The notes beneath the pieces are model-generated. The model was given only the letters and a program-made list of their open reading frames with translations, did not search any database and had not been told where the DNA came from. A stretch of 64,000 bases of DNA from Treponema sp. (lineage in GTDB: Bacteria > Spirochaetota > Spirochaetia > Treponematales > Treponemataceae): assembly GCA_045627625.1 (NCBI GenBank), contig JAZQOB010000124.1, forward strand, positions 1,505-65,504, written 5' to 3'. Position 1 is the first letter of the stretch. Each line of letters opens with the position of its first letter. Position numbers and translations under genes: made by a program. This document shows positions 28,709 to 37,810 of the stretch, piece after piece.

Positions 28709-28846
28709 TTAAGAATTATGAATTAATAATGAAAAATAATTAATGAATGAACTTGCCAACTAAAAATTTTTAAATAAATCGTTAATTCTATTCCTTTTTT
28801 TTATTAGTAATGAACAAATTCTTATAGGGACCAAAAGGATTTGTTT

Positions 28847-29842
28847 ATGAAAAAAATATTTTTATTTTTAATTTTTACTATTTTGATTTCTTCCTGTTCT
28901 ATAAATTTTCAGGGGAATGGGAAAAGGCTGAAGGTGGGAACTTGGAATGTTCAGACTTTTTTTGATTCTACAAATGAAGGAACTGAATATTCGGAGTTTC
29001 GGAAAGGGGATAACTGGAATCAGAGTAAGTATGAAGAAAGACTGGACCGGCTTTGTCAGGTGATAAACGAAATGGATTGTGATGTGATTGTCCTGGAAGA
29101 ATTGGAAAACGAAGGGGTGATTTACGACATTAATAATCGGCTGGCAGGAAATGCCTGGAATCCTAAAAAATGCTGGAAGTATTCCTGTTTTGCAAAGAAC
29201 AAAGGGGATGCTATTGGTTGCGGGGTGCTTTCTAAATATGAACTGTCAAATCTAAAAATTCACAACCTTGATATTCAGATAGAAAAAGCTACTCAGCCTT
29301 CAATGCGTCCTATAATGGAAATGACTGTTAATTTGGGTACAACTGATTATGTTCTTTTTGTAAATCACTGGAAATCTAAACTAGGCGGTCAGGAGACAAC
29401 TGAAATCTGGAGAAATTATCAGGAAAATCTTTTGGGATATTTAACTGAAGAAGCGGAGATTCAAAATAAGGCTTTTATTGCCTGTGGAGATTTTAATCGG
29501 GATATTCAGGATTTTAGTTTTTCAAATGAAGCAGAGAACAAAATGGTTGAAATTCGACCTGGTAACTTTGGTAATAAGGGAACTTTTGTAAAATCAGTAT
29601 GGTTTTCTCATGGTGAAGAGGATTTTGAAGGCAGAGGCAGTTATTATTATAAAGATTCCTGGGAAAGAATTGATCATATTTTTGTAAGTAAGGGATTTTT
29701 CATTAAAGCTTTTGAATTGTTTTCAAAAGGTCCCTGGTGTTACGAAGATGGGGTTCCAAAAGAATATAAAATTTATTCGGGGGAAGGCTATTCGGATCAT
29801 GTTCCTTTAATGGTAGAACTGGAAGTTACCGAGGAATTATGA
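28847..29842 (+). CDS. Endonuclease/exonuclease/phosphatase family lipoprotein
   Basis: Lipobox ISSC, TWNVQ, NHWKS, GDFN, IDHIF and SDH. Confidence 0.9.
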   Translation: MKKIFLFLIFTILISSCSINFQGNGKRLKVGTWNVQTFFDSTNEGTEYSEFRKGDNWNQSKYEERLDRLCQVINEMDCDVIVLEELENEGVIYDINNRLAGNAWNPKKCWKYSCFAKNKGDAIGCGVLSKYELSNLKIHNLDIQIEKATQPSMRPIMEMTVNLGTTDYVLFVNHWKSKLGGQETTEIWRNYQENLLGYLTEEAEIQNKAFIACGDFNRDIQDFSFSNEAENKMVEIRPGNFGNKGTFVKSVWFSHGEEDFEGRGSYYYKDSWERIDHIFVSKGFFIKAFELFSKGPWCYEDGVPKEYKIYSGEGYSDHVPLMVELEVTEEL

Positions 29843-31009
29843 TTTTTTTACAAGGAACAGATATTCTTTAACATGAATTTCCCGTTCCTTTAAGTTTCGT
29901 GAGCCTCTGAAAGTATTGTACTGTGATTCTAAAACTTGAACTGTTCCACATTTTGAAAGCAATTCTGTCATTTCGTTTTTTGAAATAAAACCTTCCGAGT
30001 TGAAAGAAACCAGTACATATCTGGCTTTTACATTATTCACTAAATCAAAGAAAACCTGACAAACCTGTTTTTTCTTGTTGTAAGAAGAACGGTTCCAGTT
30101 TTTTGGAATTCCTGAAACTCGGCTGATTGTTTCTTCCTGTGGACGGTTGTAGTTTGCAATAAGATTCAGCATAAAGTAATTTGAACCATAAGGATGCTGA
30201 TTGTATGGTGGATCAAAATAGGCTAAATCAAATGTTTTATCGGTACCGGTATTTTCGTAAAGAGAAGGATTTAACACCAGGGTGTTGGCATTTTCGTTAA
30301 ACACCTGAAAATCACAATTGAAATTTGAAAATACAGGGAACGGAATTTTAATTGGTCCAAGAATTCTTGATAAAGCATTTTTTCCATTACCGCCAAATTG
30401 TCCTGTTCCTGTGCGGGAGTTTTTATAAAAGCCTTTGAAAATTCCTGCAGTATTAGCATGAATTGAAGCTTCGGATAAAAGTGGAGCAATAAAATAATGC
30501 TGATATTCTTCTGGAAGCTTTGCAATGCACTGACGAGCTACATCTATGTAGTTTGCATTATAAGGAGTATAAAAGCAGCGTTCAGTTTTCTGAATGTTTT
30601 CGATATCAAAAGGTGAATATAATTCCGAAACAAAACCTGGGGCGGTGTAGGTATCAGAATCCCTTTGTGCCTGAAGTTTGTTCATTTCTTCTTCGATATT
30701 ACGGGAAAGGGCGGTGTAGAGTTCTTCCAGTTTCTGTTTAAGTTCCAGTGTGTTGTTTGAGAGATAGCATTTACTGATTAAGCAGGCATAAGTTTCCAGA
30801 TCGTTTACTGCAATAAAAGAGGAATATTGTTTTAAAAATCTGGAAACAATTCCGCTGCCGGCAAAAATATCAAGACAGGAAAGTTTATCTTTGTTTAAGT
30901 CGCCCCGTACAATTTCAATTGCTTCTGCAATAAAAGGAAGAAGAGAACGCTTATTACCAATGTAGGTAATCAATTGAGACTGCAGGAATTCAGTATTTTC
31001 TGTTTGCAT
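29837..31009 (-). CDS. Orphan DNA adenine methyltransferase (D12 class)
   Basis: YIGNK, DIFAGSG and DPPY motifs; no adjacent restriction gene. Confidence 0.88.
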   Translation of the reverse strand: MQTENTEFLQSQLITYIGNKRSLLPFIAEAIEIVRGDLNKDKLSCLDIFAGSGIVSRFLKQYSSFIAVNDLETYACLISKCYLSNNTLELKQKLEELYTALSRNIEEEMNKLQAQRDSDTYTAPGFVSELYSPFDIENIQKTERCFYTPYNANYIDVARQCIAKLPEEYQHYFIAPLLSEASIHANTAGIFKGFYKNSRTGTGQFGGNGKNALSRILGPIKIPFPVFSNFNCDFQVFNENANTLVLNPSLYENTGTDKTFDLAYFDPPYNQHPYGSNYFMLNLIANYNRPQEETISRVSGIPKNWNRSSYNKKKQVCQVFFDLVNNVKARYVLVSFNSEGFISKNEMTELLSKCGTVQVLESQYNTFRGSRNLKEREIHVKEYLFLVKKS

Positions 31010-31011
31010 TT

Positions 31012-32361
31012 TTACAAAATAAAACCAGCACCAAGTTGTTTATTCATTACTTCAAAGAAGTGTGGGAAAGTAACGCTGCACCATTCTGCATCATTAACAA
31101 TAAGCTTTTCACCAGCTTTTAATCCTAATCCAAGGCAGGCAAGAGACATTACGATTCTGTGGTCCTTGTAAGATTCTGCTTCTCCACCATGAATTACGAA
31201 TTCTGGATTTGCTTCTCCGTTTTCTAAAAGTGGTGAATGTCCATGAACAATAAGACAATCATCTCCTTCTTCAAGAACAGCTCCCAGTTTTGTAAGTTCT
31301 GTACGCATTGCCCAGATTCTGTCTGTTTCTTTTTTGCGGCAGATTTCAACATCTGTAAAAGTTGTCGTTCCTTCAATAAAGCAGGCAATAACAGCAAGGG
31401 CACAAATTGCATCTGGGAAATCCGAAATATTAATTGTTAAGTCACCTTTTAAGCGTTTGCCACCAGTAACTGTCAAAGTGCAGGCTTTTTTATCCCAGAC
31501 AATGTCTGCTCCGGCTTTCTGCAAAACTTCAACAATTTTGTCATCTCCCTGACTTCCAGAACCGTCAATATTATTAATAACGATTTTGCTGTCTGTCATA
31601 AGAGCGGCAATAAGTGGAAATGCAACTCCTTCCCAGTCAGATGGAACGGCTTTGTCAAAAGCTTTAATATCAACAGGACCTGCAACTTCTACAGTTTTAA
31701 AATCCTGTGAAATATTACATTCAACACCAACAGATTCCAGCCACAACTTTGTCATTGTAAGGTATGGAGTTTCTTTTGGAGTAGCAAGATTCATATGGAG
31801 TTTTCCATTTAATCTGGAAGCGGCCATCATAAAACCACTGATGTACTGAGAAAGTTTTCCATCAGTATTCAAAGTTTTATTTACATCAATTGGGCCTTCA
31901 AATTTGAAAGGAGGGCAAAGTGGTTTTCCTGTTGGGTTTGGAAGACATTCAGCTTTTGCACCAAACTGATTCAATGCGTCGATTAAGTGGCCAACTGGAC
32001 GAGTACAAATGGATTCATCTCCTGTAAATGTACATTCTCCAGGAAGTGTCGAAAGAACTGGACACAAGAAATACATAAGGGAGCCAGAGTTTCCAACATC
32101 AATAGTATTTTCTGGAAGATGAAGATTTTTACCAGCGCCTTTTACAATCCACTGATTTTCAACCGATTCAATATCAACTTCAGCACCAACTTGTTTAATG
32201 GCTTTTACAGTTGAAAGACAGTCGTTACTTGGAAGCGGATTAGAAATATGAGAAGTGCCGTCTGCCATTGTAGCAAGAATTAATGCACGAATTGTATGAC
32301 TTTTAGAGCCTGGAACAGTAATATTTCCAGATAATTTAGCTTTTTGTGATGAGATTTTCAT
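31012..32361 (-). CDS. aroA: 3-phosphoshikimate 1-carboxyvinyltransferase
   Basis: PGSKS, GNSG, SQYISG, KETDRI and DHRI. Confidence 0.95.
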   Translation of the reverse strand: MKISSQKAKLSGNITVPGSKSHTIRALILATMADGTSHISNPLPSNDCLSTVKAIKQVGAEVDIESVENQWIVKGAGKNLHLPENTIDVGNSGSLMYFLCPVLSTLPGECTFTGDESICTRPVGHLIDALNQFGAKAECLPNPTGKPLCPPFKFEGPIDVNKTLNTDGKLSQYISGFMMAASRLNGKLHMNLATPKETPYLTMTKLWLESVGVECNISQDFKTVEVAGPVDIKAFDKAVPSDWEGVAFPLIAALMTDSKIVINNIDGSGSQGDDKIVEVLQKAGADIVWDKKACTLTVTGGKRLKGDLTINISDFPDAICALAVIACFIEGTTTFTDVEICRKKETDRIWAMRTELTKLGAVLEEGDDCLIVHGHSPLLENGEANPEFVIHGGEAESYKDHRIVMSLACLGLGLKAGEKLIVNDAEWCSVTFPHFFEVMNKQLGAGFIL

Positions 32362-32432
32362 TTCTCTATATTACCAAATATATTGCTGATTGTGAATTGA
32401 GCATTGTTATTATTTTTGTTAAACTCATTTAT

Positions 32433-34052
32433 ATGGTAAAACAAGCGCTTATTCATGTTGAAAATCCTGCAGGCATTGTAAATTTTGCACGATTTTTAAC
32501 AGATTTCGGATGGACAATTTATTCAGCTAATAAAACCGAAGAATTACTCCTTAAGGAAAATATTCCTGTTCAGAGAGAAAGAGGATTAGTAAAACATAAT
32601 CTTTTCTTATCGGATCATTCTTCTCTTATCAGAAAACTGCTTACTGCAAAAAATGATGAAGACCTGTCTTTTTCAGATAACGAAGTGGTTGAAGATTCAA
32701 TTTCTTTGGTTTGTATAAATGTTCTTCCTGGTATGGTTCTGGCTCCAAAAGAAAATCAGATTGAATCTATTATGAACCGCCATGATTTTTACATCTCTTC
32801 CATTCTTAGAGATTGTTTTGTTAATTACAAAAATCTTTTGATTCTTACTGATCCTGAAGATTATGAAGAAGCAATTGTTCAGCTTAGAAACGATAACATT
32901 ACAGATAGTTTTAGAACTTACCTTGCTGCAAAAGCCTTGAATCTGATTTCTGCTTATGACGGTGGAATTTCCAGTTCAATTTTAATGGACAAAACCCTTA
33001 ATGAAGGCTGCTTCATGAATTACCTTATGTTCCCATTTATTAAGCAGGAAGTATTTCCATCGGGAGCAAACAAACAGCAGAGTTCCTGTTTATATAGATA
33101 TCCTTCAGAAGTAGGGGCAGTTAATGGGTTTAATCGTTATGCGGGAGTAAAAGCCGATTTTAATGTTGTAAACGATGCGGCTCTTTCCTGGGAAATTATC
33201 AGTAGTCTCTACTCCAACTTGCGAACTCAGTATGCCGTAGAAAGCACTAATTGTGACGGCTACGATTTTACAACTCAGTTTTCTCCACTGACTGGAACAG
33301 TATTCACCATTGCAATGAAATTCCGTTCAGTTTTGGGAGCTTCAACTGCAACAAATGTTCTTGATTCTTTTAAGAAAACTTTTGCATTTGAAGACGATAT
33401 CGAAGGAATTTGTTTTGGCTGTAGTGCAGTTATTGATGAAGATGCGGCAATGGAACTGGTTAAGCAGAATCTTTCTGCCATTGTTGCACCAGGCTTTACT
33501 GTAGAAGCAAAAGATATTCTTTTGAGAAATCCAGATATCCGTTTGATTCCTATTGCTCAGACAAATATTTCGCCTTTTGATTTGCAGCTTATAAATGGTG
33601 GTCTTGTTTTCCAGACAAAAGATACTATGATTTTTGAAAAATGGGCGGTAAAAACTAGAATTCGTCCTACTCAGGCAATTGCAGATCAGCTGGCATTTGG
33701 AATGGTTCTTGCAATGGGTTCCAGAACTTATTGTGCCGTTCTGGTTAAGAATAATTCCATTGCGGGGATTTCACAGGGAGCCCGTTCTGCAGCAAAAGCG
33801 GTTGCTCATGCACTGGAAGGAGCAATTGAACAGAAAAAGCAGTATTGGCCAGATGATGAAGGTCCTTTAGCTGATGTTCTTATTTGTGATACTTCACTTC
33901 CATTTACTCCGGTTGTAAAAGAAATAATTGATTCTGGTGTAACAGCAATTATTCAGACTGGGGGAAATTCTTCCGATGATGAATTTATAAATTATTGTAA
34001 TGAAAAGGGTGTTTCTTTAATCTTTACAGGAACTACTCATATTTCATATTAG
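32433..34052 (+). CDS. Divergent PurH-like protein (catalytic motifs degenerate)
   Basis: PurH architecture (ALI.V..FA..L..G, DPEDY, IVAPGF, AIIQTGG), but canonical motifs are substituted. Confidence 0.75.
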   Translation: MVKQALIHVENPAGIVNFARFLTDFGWTIYSANKTEELLLKENIPVQRERGLVKHNLFLSDHSSLIRKLLTAKNDEDLSFSDNEVVEDSISLVCINVLPGMVLAPKENQIESIMNRHDFYISSILRDCFVNYKNLLILTDPEDYEEAIVQLRNDNITDSFRTYLAAKALNLISAYDGGISSSILMDKTLNEGCFMNYLMFPFIKQEVFPSGANKQQSSCLYRYPSEVGAVNGFNRYAGVKADFNVVNDAALSWEIISSLYSNLRTQYAVESTNCDGYDFTTQFSPLTGTVFTIAMKFRSVLGASTATNVLDSFKKTFAFEDDIEGICFGCSAVIDEDAAMELVKQNLSAIVAPGFTVEAKDILLRNPDIRLIPIAQTNISPFDLQLINGGLVFQTKDTMIFEKWAVKTRIRPTQAIADQLAFGMVLAMGSRTYCAVLVKNNSIAGISQGARSAAKAVAHALEGAIEQKKQYWPDDEGPLADVLICDTSLPFTPVVKEIIDSGVTAIIQTGGNSSDDEFINYCNEKGVSLIFTGTTHISY

Positions 34053-34067
34053 TATAAAGAGGATAAA

Positions 34068-35141
34068 ATGATTTACTATTTGGGATCTTATTTACAGCAG
34101 TTCTGGGGACCTGCAAGACTTTTATGTTCTTATGCGATTCTTATTTCCTGCGCACTTTATTTAGGCTATTTTTTGGCTTATAAATTAATTCCTGTTTTTT
34201 ACGATAAGCTTCCTCATGACCGTGGAAGAGAATTTACAATTAAAGAAAATGCAGAAGCTGCAAAAGGAAAACCAACAGGTTCTGGTGTTGTATTTATTAC
34301 TTTATTTGTTTTAATTTCTTTCCTGTTTGTTCCAATGACCTGGCCAATCGCCTGTATAATTGTTCTTACCTGGTTTACAATGCTTACTGGTTATCTTGAT
34401 GATAGAAGTGTTACAAGCTGGGGCGAATACTTAAAAGGTGCCTTGGATTTGGTAATCAGTGTTGTAACAGCATTTGTTCTTTACTATGGATTAAGAAATC
34501 CTGAAACTGGAAAAATTAGTTTCTGGCTTCCATTTATTGCAGATCCTGTAAATGTTCATCCTGCACTTTACATTGTGATTTGTGTAATTCTTTTGTGGGC
34601 TTCTATTAATACTACAAACTGTACTGACGGAGTTGATGGTCTTTCTTCAACTCTTGTTTTGGTAGCCTTGATTACTTTAGGTGCACTTTTCTATGTAGTT
34701 TTAGGTCACAAAGATATTTCCAGCTATTTGCTTTTACCTCATCTTGAAGATGGTGCCAACTGGGCAATTATGATTTTTACAATGGCGGGTGTTGTGATGG
34801 GTTACTTGTGGCTCAATGCTTTCCCAAGCCACTGTTTAATGGGAGATGCAGGTAGCCGTGCATTAGGTTTCTTTATTGGTGTTTGTGTAATGGTTTCTGG
34901 AAATCCATTTATGATTATTGCAACTTCATCAATTATTTTTGTAAATGGTGGAATGGGTTTGTTAAAAGTAGCTTTGTTGCGTTTCTTCAAAATCAAGATT
35001 TTCGAAAACATTCGTTTCCCATTGCACGATCATATGCGTAAAAATCGCGGATGGTCACCAACTCAGGTTCTTGTAAAATTTACAATTCTTCAGATTTTGA
35101 TTACTTCTTTGGTTTTAGGAATTTTCTTGAAAATTCGCTAA
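34068..35141 (+). CDS. mraY: Phospho-N-acetylmuramoyl-pentapeptide transferase
   Basis: KGKPTGSG, GYLDD, NCTDGVDGL, MGDAGS and PLHDH. Confidence 0.93.
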   Translation: MIYYLGSYLQQFWGPARLLCSYAILISCALYLGYFLAYKLIPVFYDKLPHDRGREFTIKENAEAAKGKPTGSGVVFITLFVLISFLFVPMTWPIACIIVLTWFTMLTGYLDDRSVTSWGEYLKGALDLVISVVTAFVLYYGLRNPETGKISFWLPFIADPVNVHPALYIVICVILLWASINTTNCTDGVDGLSSTLVLVALITLGALFYVVLGHKDISSYLLLPHLEDGANWAIMIFTMAGVVMGYLWLNAFPSHCLMGDAGSRALGFFIGVCVMVSGNPFMIIATSSIIFVNGGMGLLKVALLRFFKIKIFENIRFPLHDHMRKNRGWSPTQVLVKFTILQILITSLVLGIFLKIR

Positions 35142-35159
35142 TCCCGATTGGACAATAAG

Positions 35160-35190
35160 AAAGCCCCGAAGTTTTTCGAGGCTTTTTTTT
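35160..35190. terminator. Bidirectional terminator
   Basis: aaagccccgaa/ttcgaggcttt stem plus T run. Confidence 0.65.
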
Positions 35191-35536
35191 ATTCAGAATA
35201 AATTGGAGCAGTAAACAGCATTGGAATTGTTCCAATTGTACTGCAGGAACTACAGAACAGTTCGCAAAAGATTTCGACACAAGCTTCGATTAAAGCATCT
35301 GTCAAATGATAACAGCATTCATCTGCAAGATATTCGGAAGTTGTATAAGCAGTGCCTGAATTATTAAGTAAAATTGAATTAACAGGAGTTTCTGCTTCGT
35401 TATTTACTGAAACAGCGGTTGAAGGAAGTCCGCCTCCAAAGCCTGTAAATGCAATGTTTGAGTTCTGAGCAAAAAGGCTAAAATTAATTCCAAGAAGAAC
35501 TAAAGCCGCAAGCAAAAATTTTAAACTCTTTTTCAT
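35189..35536 (-). CDS. Small secreted Cys-rich protein, FxGFGGGLPS family
   Basis: AGGAG RBS, signal peptide, FTGFGGGLPST, 6 Cys and C-terminal PIYSE. Confidence 0.7.
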   Translation of the reverse strand: MKKSLKFLLAALVLLGINFSLFAQNSNIAFTGFGGGLPSTAVSVNNEAETPVNSILLNNSGTAYTTSEYLADECCYHLTDALIEACVEIFCELFCSSCSTIGTIPMLFTAPIYSE

Positions 35537-35590
35537 AAAATATCTCCTAAGGCAATAATAGGTATACTTTCTGTTTTTGTCTATATGTAT

Positions 35591-36790
35591 TTAGTTAAAA
35601 AGTTCGATTAAAGTTTTTGCATCCCGAACAATGTTATCAACAATACAGTATTCATTTGGCTGGTGAGCCTGATCATCCAGAGAACTCCATACAACTGCAT
35701 CAATGCCTTCCCGTCTAAGTTCAGCCCCAACAGTTCCCCCTCCAATACCAATGAACTTTGCCTGAATATTGTGGGCGGTTTTAAGAGCGGCTGCCAGTTT
35801 TTGTGCAACAGGGGCAGTAACAGGAGTTGCAGGACTTTCTGAACGCTGTGGACAGGAATAGTCAATTTTTACCTTGTATTCTGCTTCAACCGTTTTAATG
35901 CATTTTTCAACTTCTGCAAGGACTTCTTTAAGCTGATAGCATGGAAGAATTCTGCAGTCCATATAGAAAGTGTCTTCTCCAGGAATAATATTAATGGAGT
36001 CTACATTTTTTTCCCGTTTTGTTGGCTGGAAAGTAGAGTAGTTAGGTTCAAATAGATCGTCAGTTTTACAGAATACTTTTTCCAGATTATGAAGTTTTAG
36101 CGAAAGATCGCAGGCTGCAAGACAGGCATTTGCTCCATTATCAGGACGGCTTCCATGAGTCTGGGCTCCCTGAACATGAACCTTGAGCCATAAAAGATTT
36201 TTTTCCGCAATTTCGATAGTTTCGCCTTTTGCATCTCCTCCATCAGGAATTACAACCAGATCACCTTTCTTAAAAAGATCTGTATTGTGGATAAGATAAA
36301 TCATTCCGTATTCGCTGCCGTTTTCTTCATCTGCAACAAAAAGGAGTTTCACATTGCAGGCAGGAGTAAGATTATTCTGAATATAATACAGACCTGCAAA
36401 AGCGGCAGAAACTAATCCCTGCTGATTATCTTCAACACCACGACCATAAAGTTTTCCGTCTTTTTCCACCATTTCCCATGGATTTGTATTCCACAAAGAT
36501 AAATCTCCAACAGGAACAACATCCATATGGGCAACAACCCAAAGGTTTTTAGAAGTATCTTTTCCTGGAATTGTTACAACAAGACTTGGGCGGTTTCCTG
36601 AACTTACGCGGGAATCAGGAGCTTCGTATCGTTCTATATTGTTAAAGCCTTTTTCTTTAAGCCATTTTTCCAGGGCATTACATTTTTCAGTTTCACCATC
36701 GCCACCACCTTCTGGAGCAATAGCAGGAATAGAAGTCAAAAGGGCTTCGAGTTCAATCATTTCGTTTTTCTTAGATTCTAAATAATTCAT
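35591..36790 (-). CDS. M20 family metallohydrolase (DapE/ArgE-like)
   Basis: AHMDVVP, GRGVEDN, ADEE and AHQPNE. Confidence 0.92.
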   Translation of the reverse strand: MNYLESKKNEMIELEALLTSIPAIAPEGGGDGETEKCNALEKWLKEKGFNNIERYEAPDSRVSSGNRPSLVVTIPGKDTSKNLWVVAHMDVVPVGDLSLWNTNPWEMVEKDGKLYGRGVEDNQQGLVSAAFAGLYYIQNNLTPACNVKLLFVADEENGSEYGMIYLIHNTDLFKKGDLVVIPDGGDAKGETIEIAEKNLLWLKVHVQGAQTHGSRPDNGANACLAACDLSLKLHNLEKVFCKTDDLFEPNYSTFQPTKREKNVDSINIIPGEDTFYMDCRILPCYQLKEVLAEVEKCIKTVEAEYKVKIDYSCPQRSESPATPVTAPVAQKLAAALKTAHNIQAKFIGIGGGTVGAELRREGIDAVVWSSLDDQAHQPNEYCIVDNIVRDAKTLIELFN

Positions 36791-36843
36791 AGAAATAATA
36801 TTACCACCTTTTTTGTGATATAAAAAGATGATACAATAGAAGA

Positions 36844-37584
36844 ATGCCTAGTAATAAGTACAGTTTCTGGCGTCTGATAGCAGTATTTTGTGCAATTTTT
36901 CTTGTTGTTGCTTACATTGCCTGCTACTTTTTGATGCCGGATAACATGAAAAAAGTTTATTTAATTTTAATGATTCCTACCTTCTTTTTATGGTTGTATT
37001 CTGTCATTCACCAGATGATGTTTCCTCTTGATTTAAGAATCTATGTTATCTGGGTTTTCTATTTTTCCTTCTTTCTTGTTTCTTATGGATTTACAGCATT
37101 AAGTTTGTTTGTTTTCTGTTGTGGCTATGTGCTTGGAATGAAAATTCGTTACATGCAGAAAGGAAAAGTCTGGAAGCTTACAGTGGCTATAATTCTTTAT
37201 ATGGCTTCTTCTCTTTATATTCTTCGTCTGTCCCCATTGGAAGTTATCAACTGTGTTGCAGAATTTTTGATGATGGCAATTGGTATTGTTGCCATGCGTT
37301 TTGTCCTTAAGCATCTTATTGATAAAATTAACAAGGATATTTACAAAGAAATTCCAAAAGAAGATTTAAATTCATATTTTGAGGAATTGAATTTTTCTGA
37401 CCGGGATAAGGCAATGCTGGAAGCAGTACGAAACGGCTGCAAGTATGAAGAAATTGCCATTAATCATAATCTTTCAATCAGTTCTGTAAAAAAACGCCTT
37501 GCTTTCCTTTATAAAAAGCTTGGAGTTACCTGTCAGATTGATTTCTTGATTAAATTCTCCCAAATAAACATTCCTATCGAATAA
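36844..37584 (+). CDS. Polytopic membrane protein with C-terminal LuxR-type HTH
   Basis: About 5-6 hydrophobic segments, then FSDRDKAML..GCKYEEIA...SISSVKKRLAFLYKKLGV. Confidence 0.85.
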   Translation: MPSNKYSFWRLIAVFCAIFLVVAYIACYFLMPDNMKKVYLILMIPTFFLWLYSVIHQMMFPLDLRIYVIWVFYFSFFLVSYGFTALSLFVFCCGYVLGMKIRYMQKGKVWKLTVAIILYMASSLYILRLSPLEVINCVAEFLMMAIGIVAMRFVLKHLIDKINKDIYKEIPKEDLNSYFEELNFSDRDKAMLEAVRNGCKYEEIAINHNLSISSVKKRLAFLYKKLGVTCQIDFLIKFSQINIPIE

Positions 37585-37607
37585 ACCAGACAGACATTCA
37601 GGCGTTC

Positions 37608-37693
37608 CACCTTGGTGTAAGAAAAAAATAACCAAGGTTACCCCTAAATTCCACCAAGGTTCAATTTTCTTTATTCTCTTCTCCTGGTAATAT
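37608..37693 (+). promoter_or_regulatory. Three phased ACC-NN-GGT operators plus extended -10
   Basis: CACCTTGGTG (37608), TAACCAAGGTTA (37629) and ACCAAGGT (37653), centres exactly 22 bp apart; TGgTAATAT at 37685-37693. Confidence 0.7.
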
Positions 37694-37699
37694 TAAGAT

Positions 37700-37790
37700 A
37701 TCAGATAAGTAAATTAGTTATCTGGACTAAGAGAGAGTTTAAAAAAAATTACCCGGAAGGTTTTGGAGAGAGCCTTCCGGGTTTTCTTTT
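37700..37790 (+). ncRNA. Candidate sRNA
   Basis: No ATG-initiated ORF; 5' hairpin cagataa/ttatctg, GAGAGTTTAA, then a terminator. Confidence 0.4.
37751..37790. terminator. Bidirectional terminator
   Basis: acccggaagg/ccttccgggt stem, T-rich 3' side and A run on the 5' side. Confidence 0.8.
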
Positions 37791-37810
37791 TAACTTAGTT
37801 TATTAAAGGT

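Noticed and set aside
32346-32432. Longer start for the PurH-like ORF
   Set aside because: It overlaps the aroA start and the divergent promoter region; PurH similarity begins at MVKQALI.
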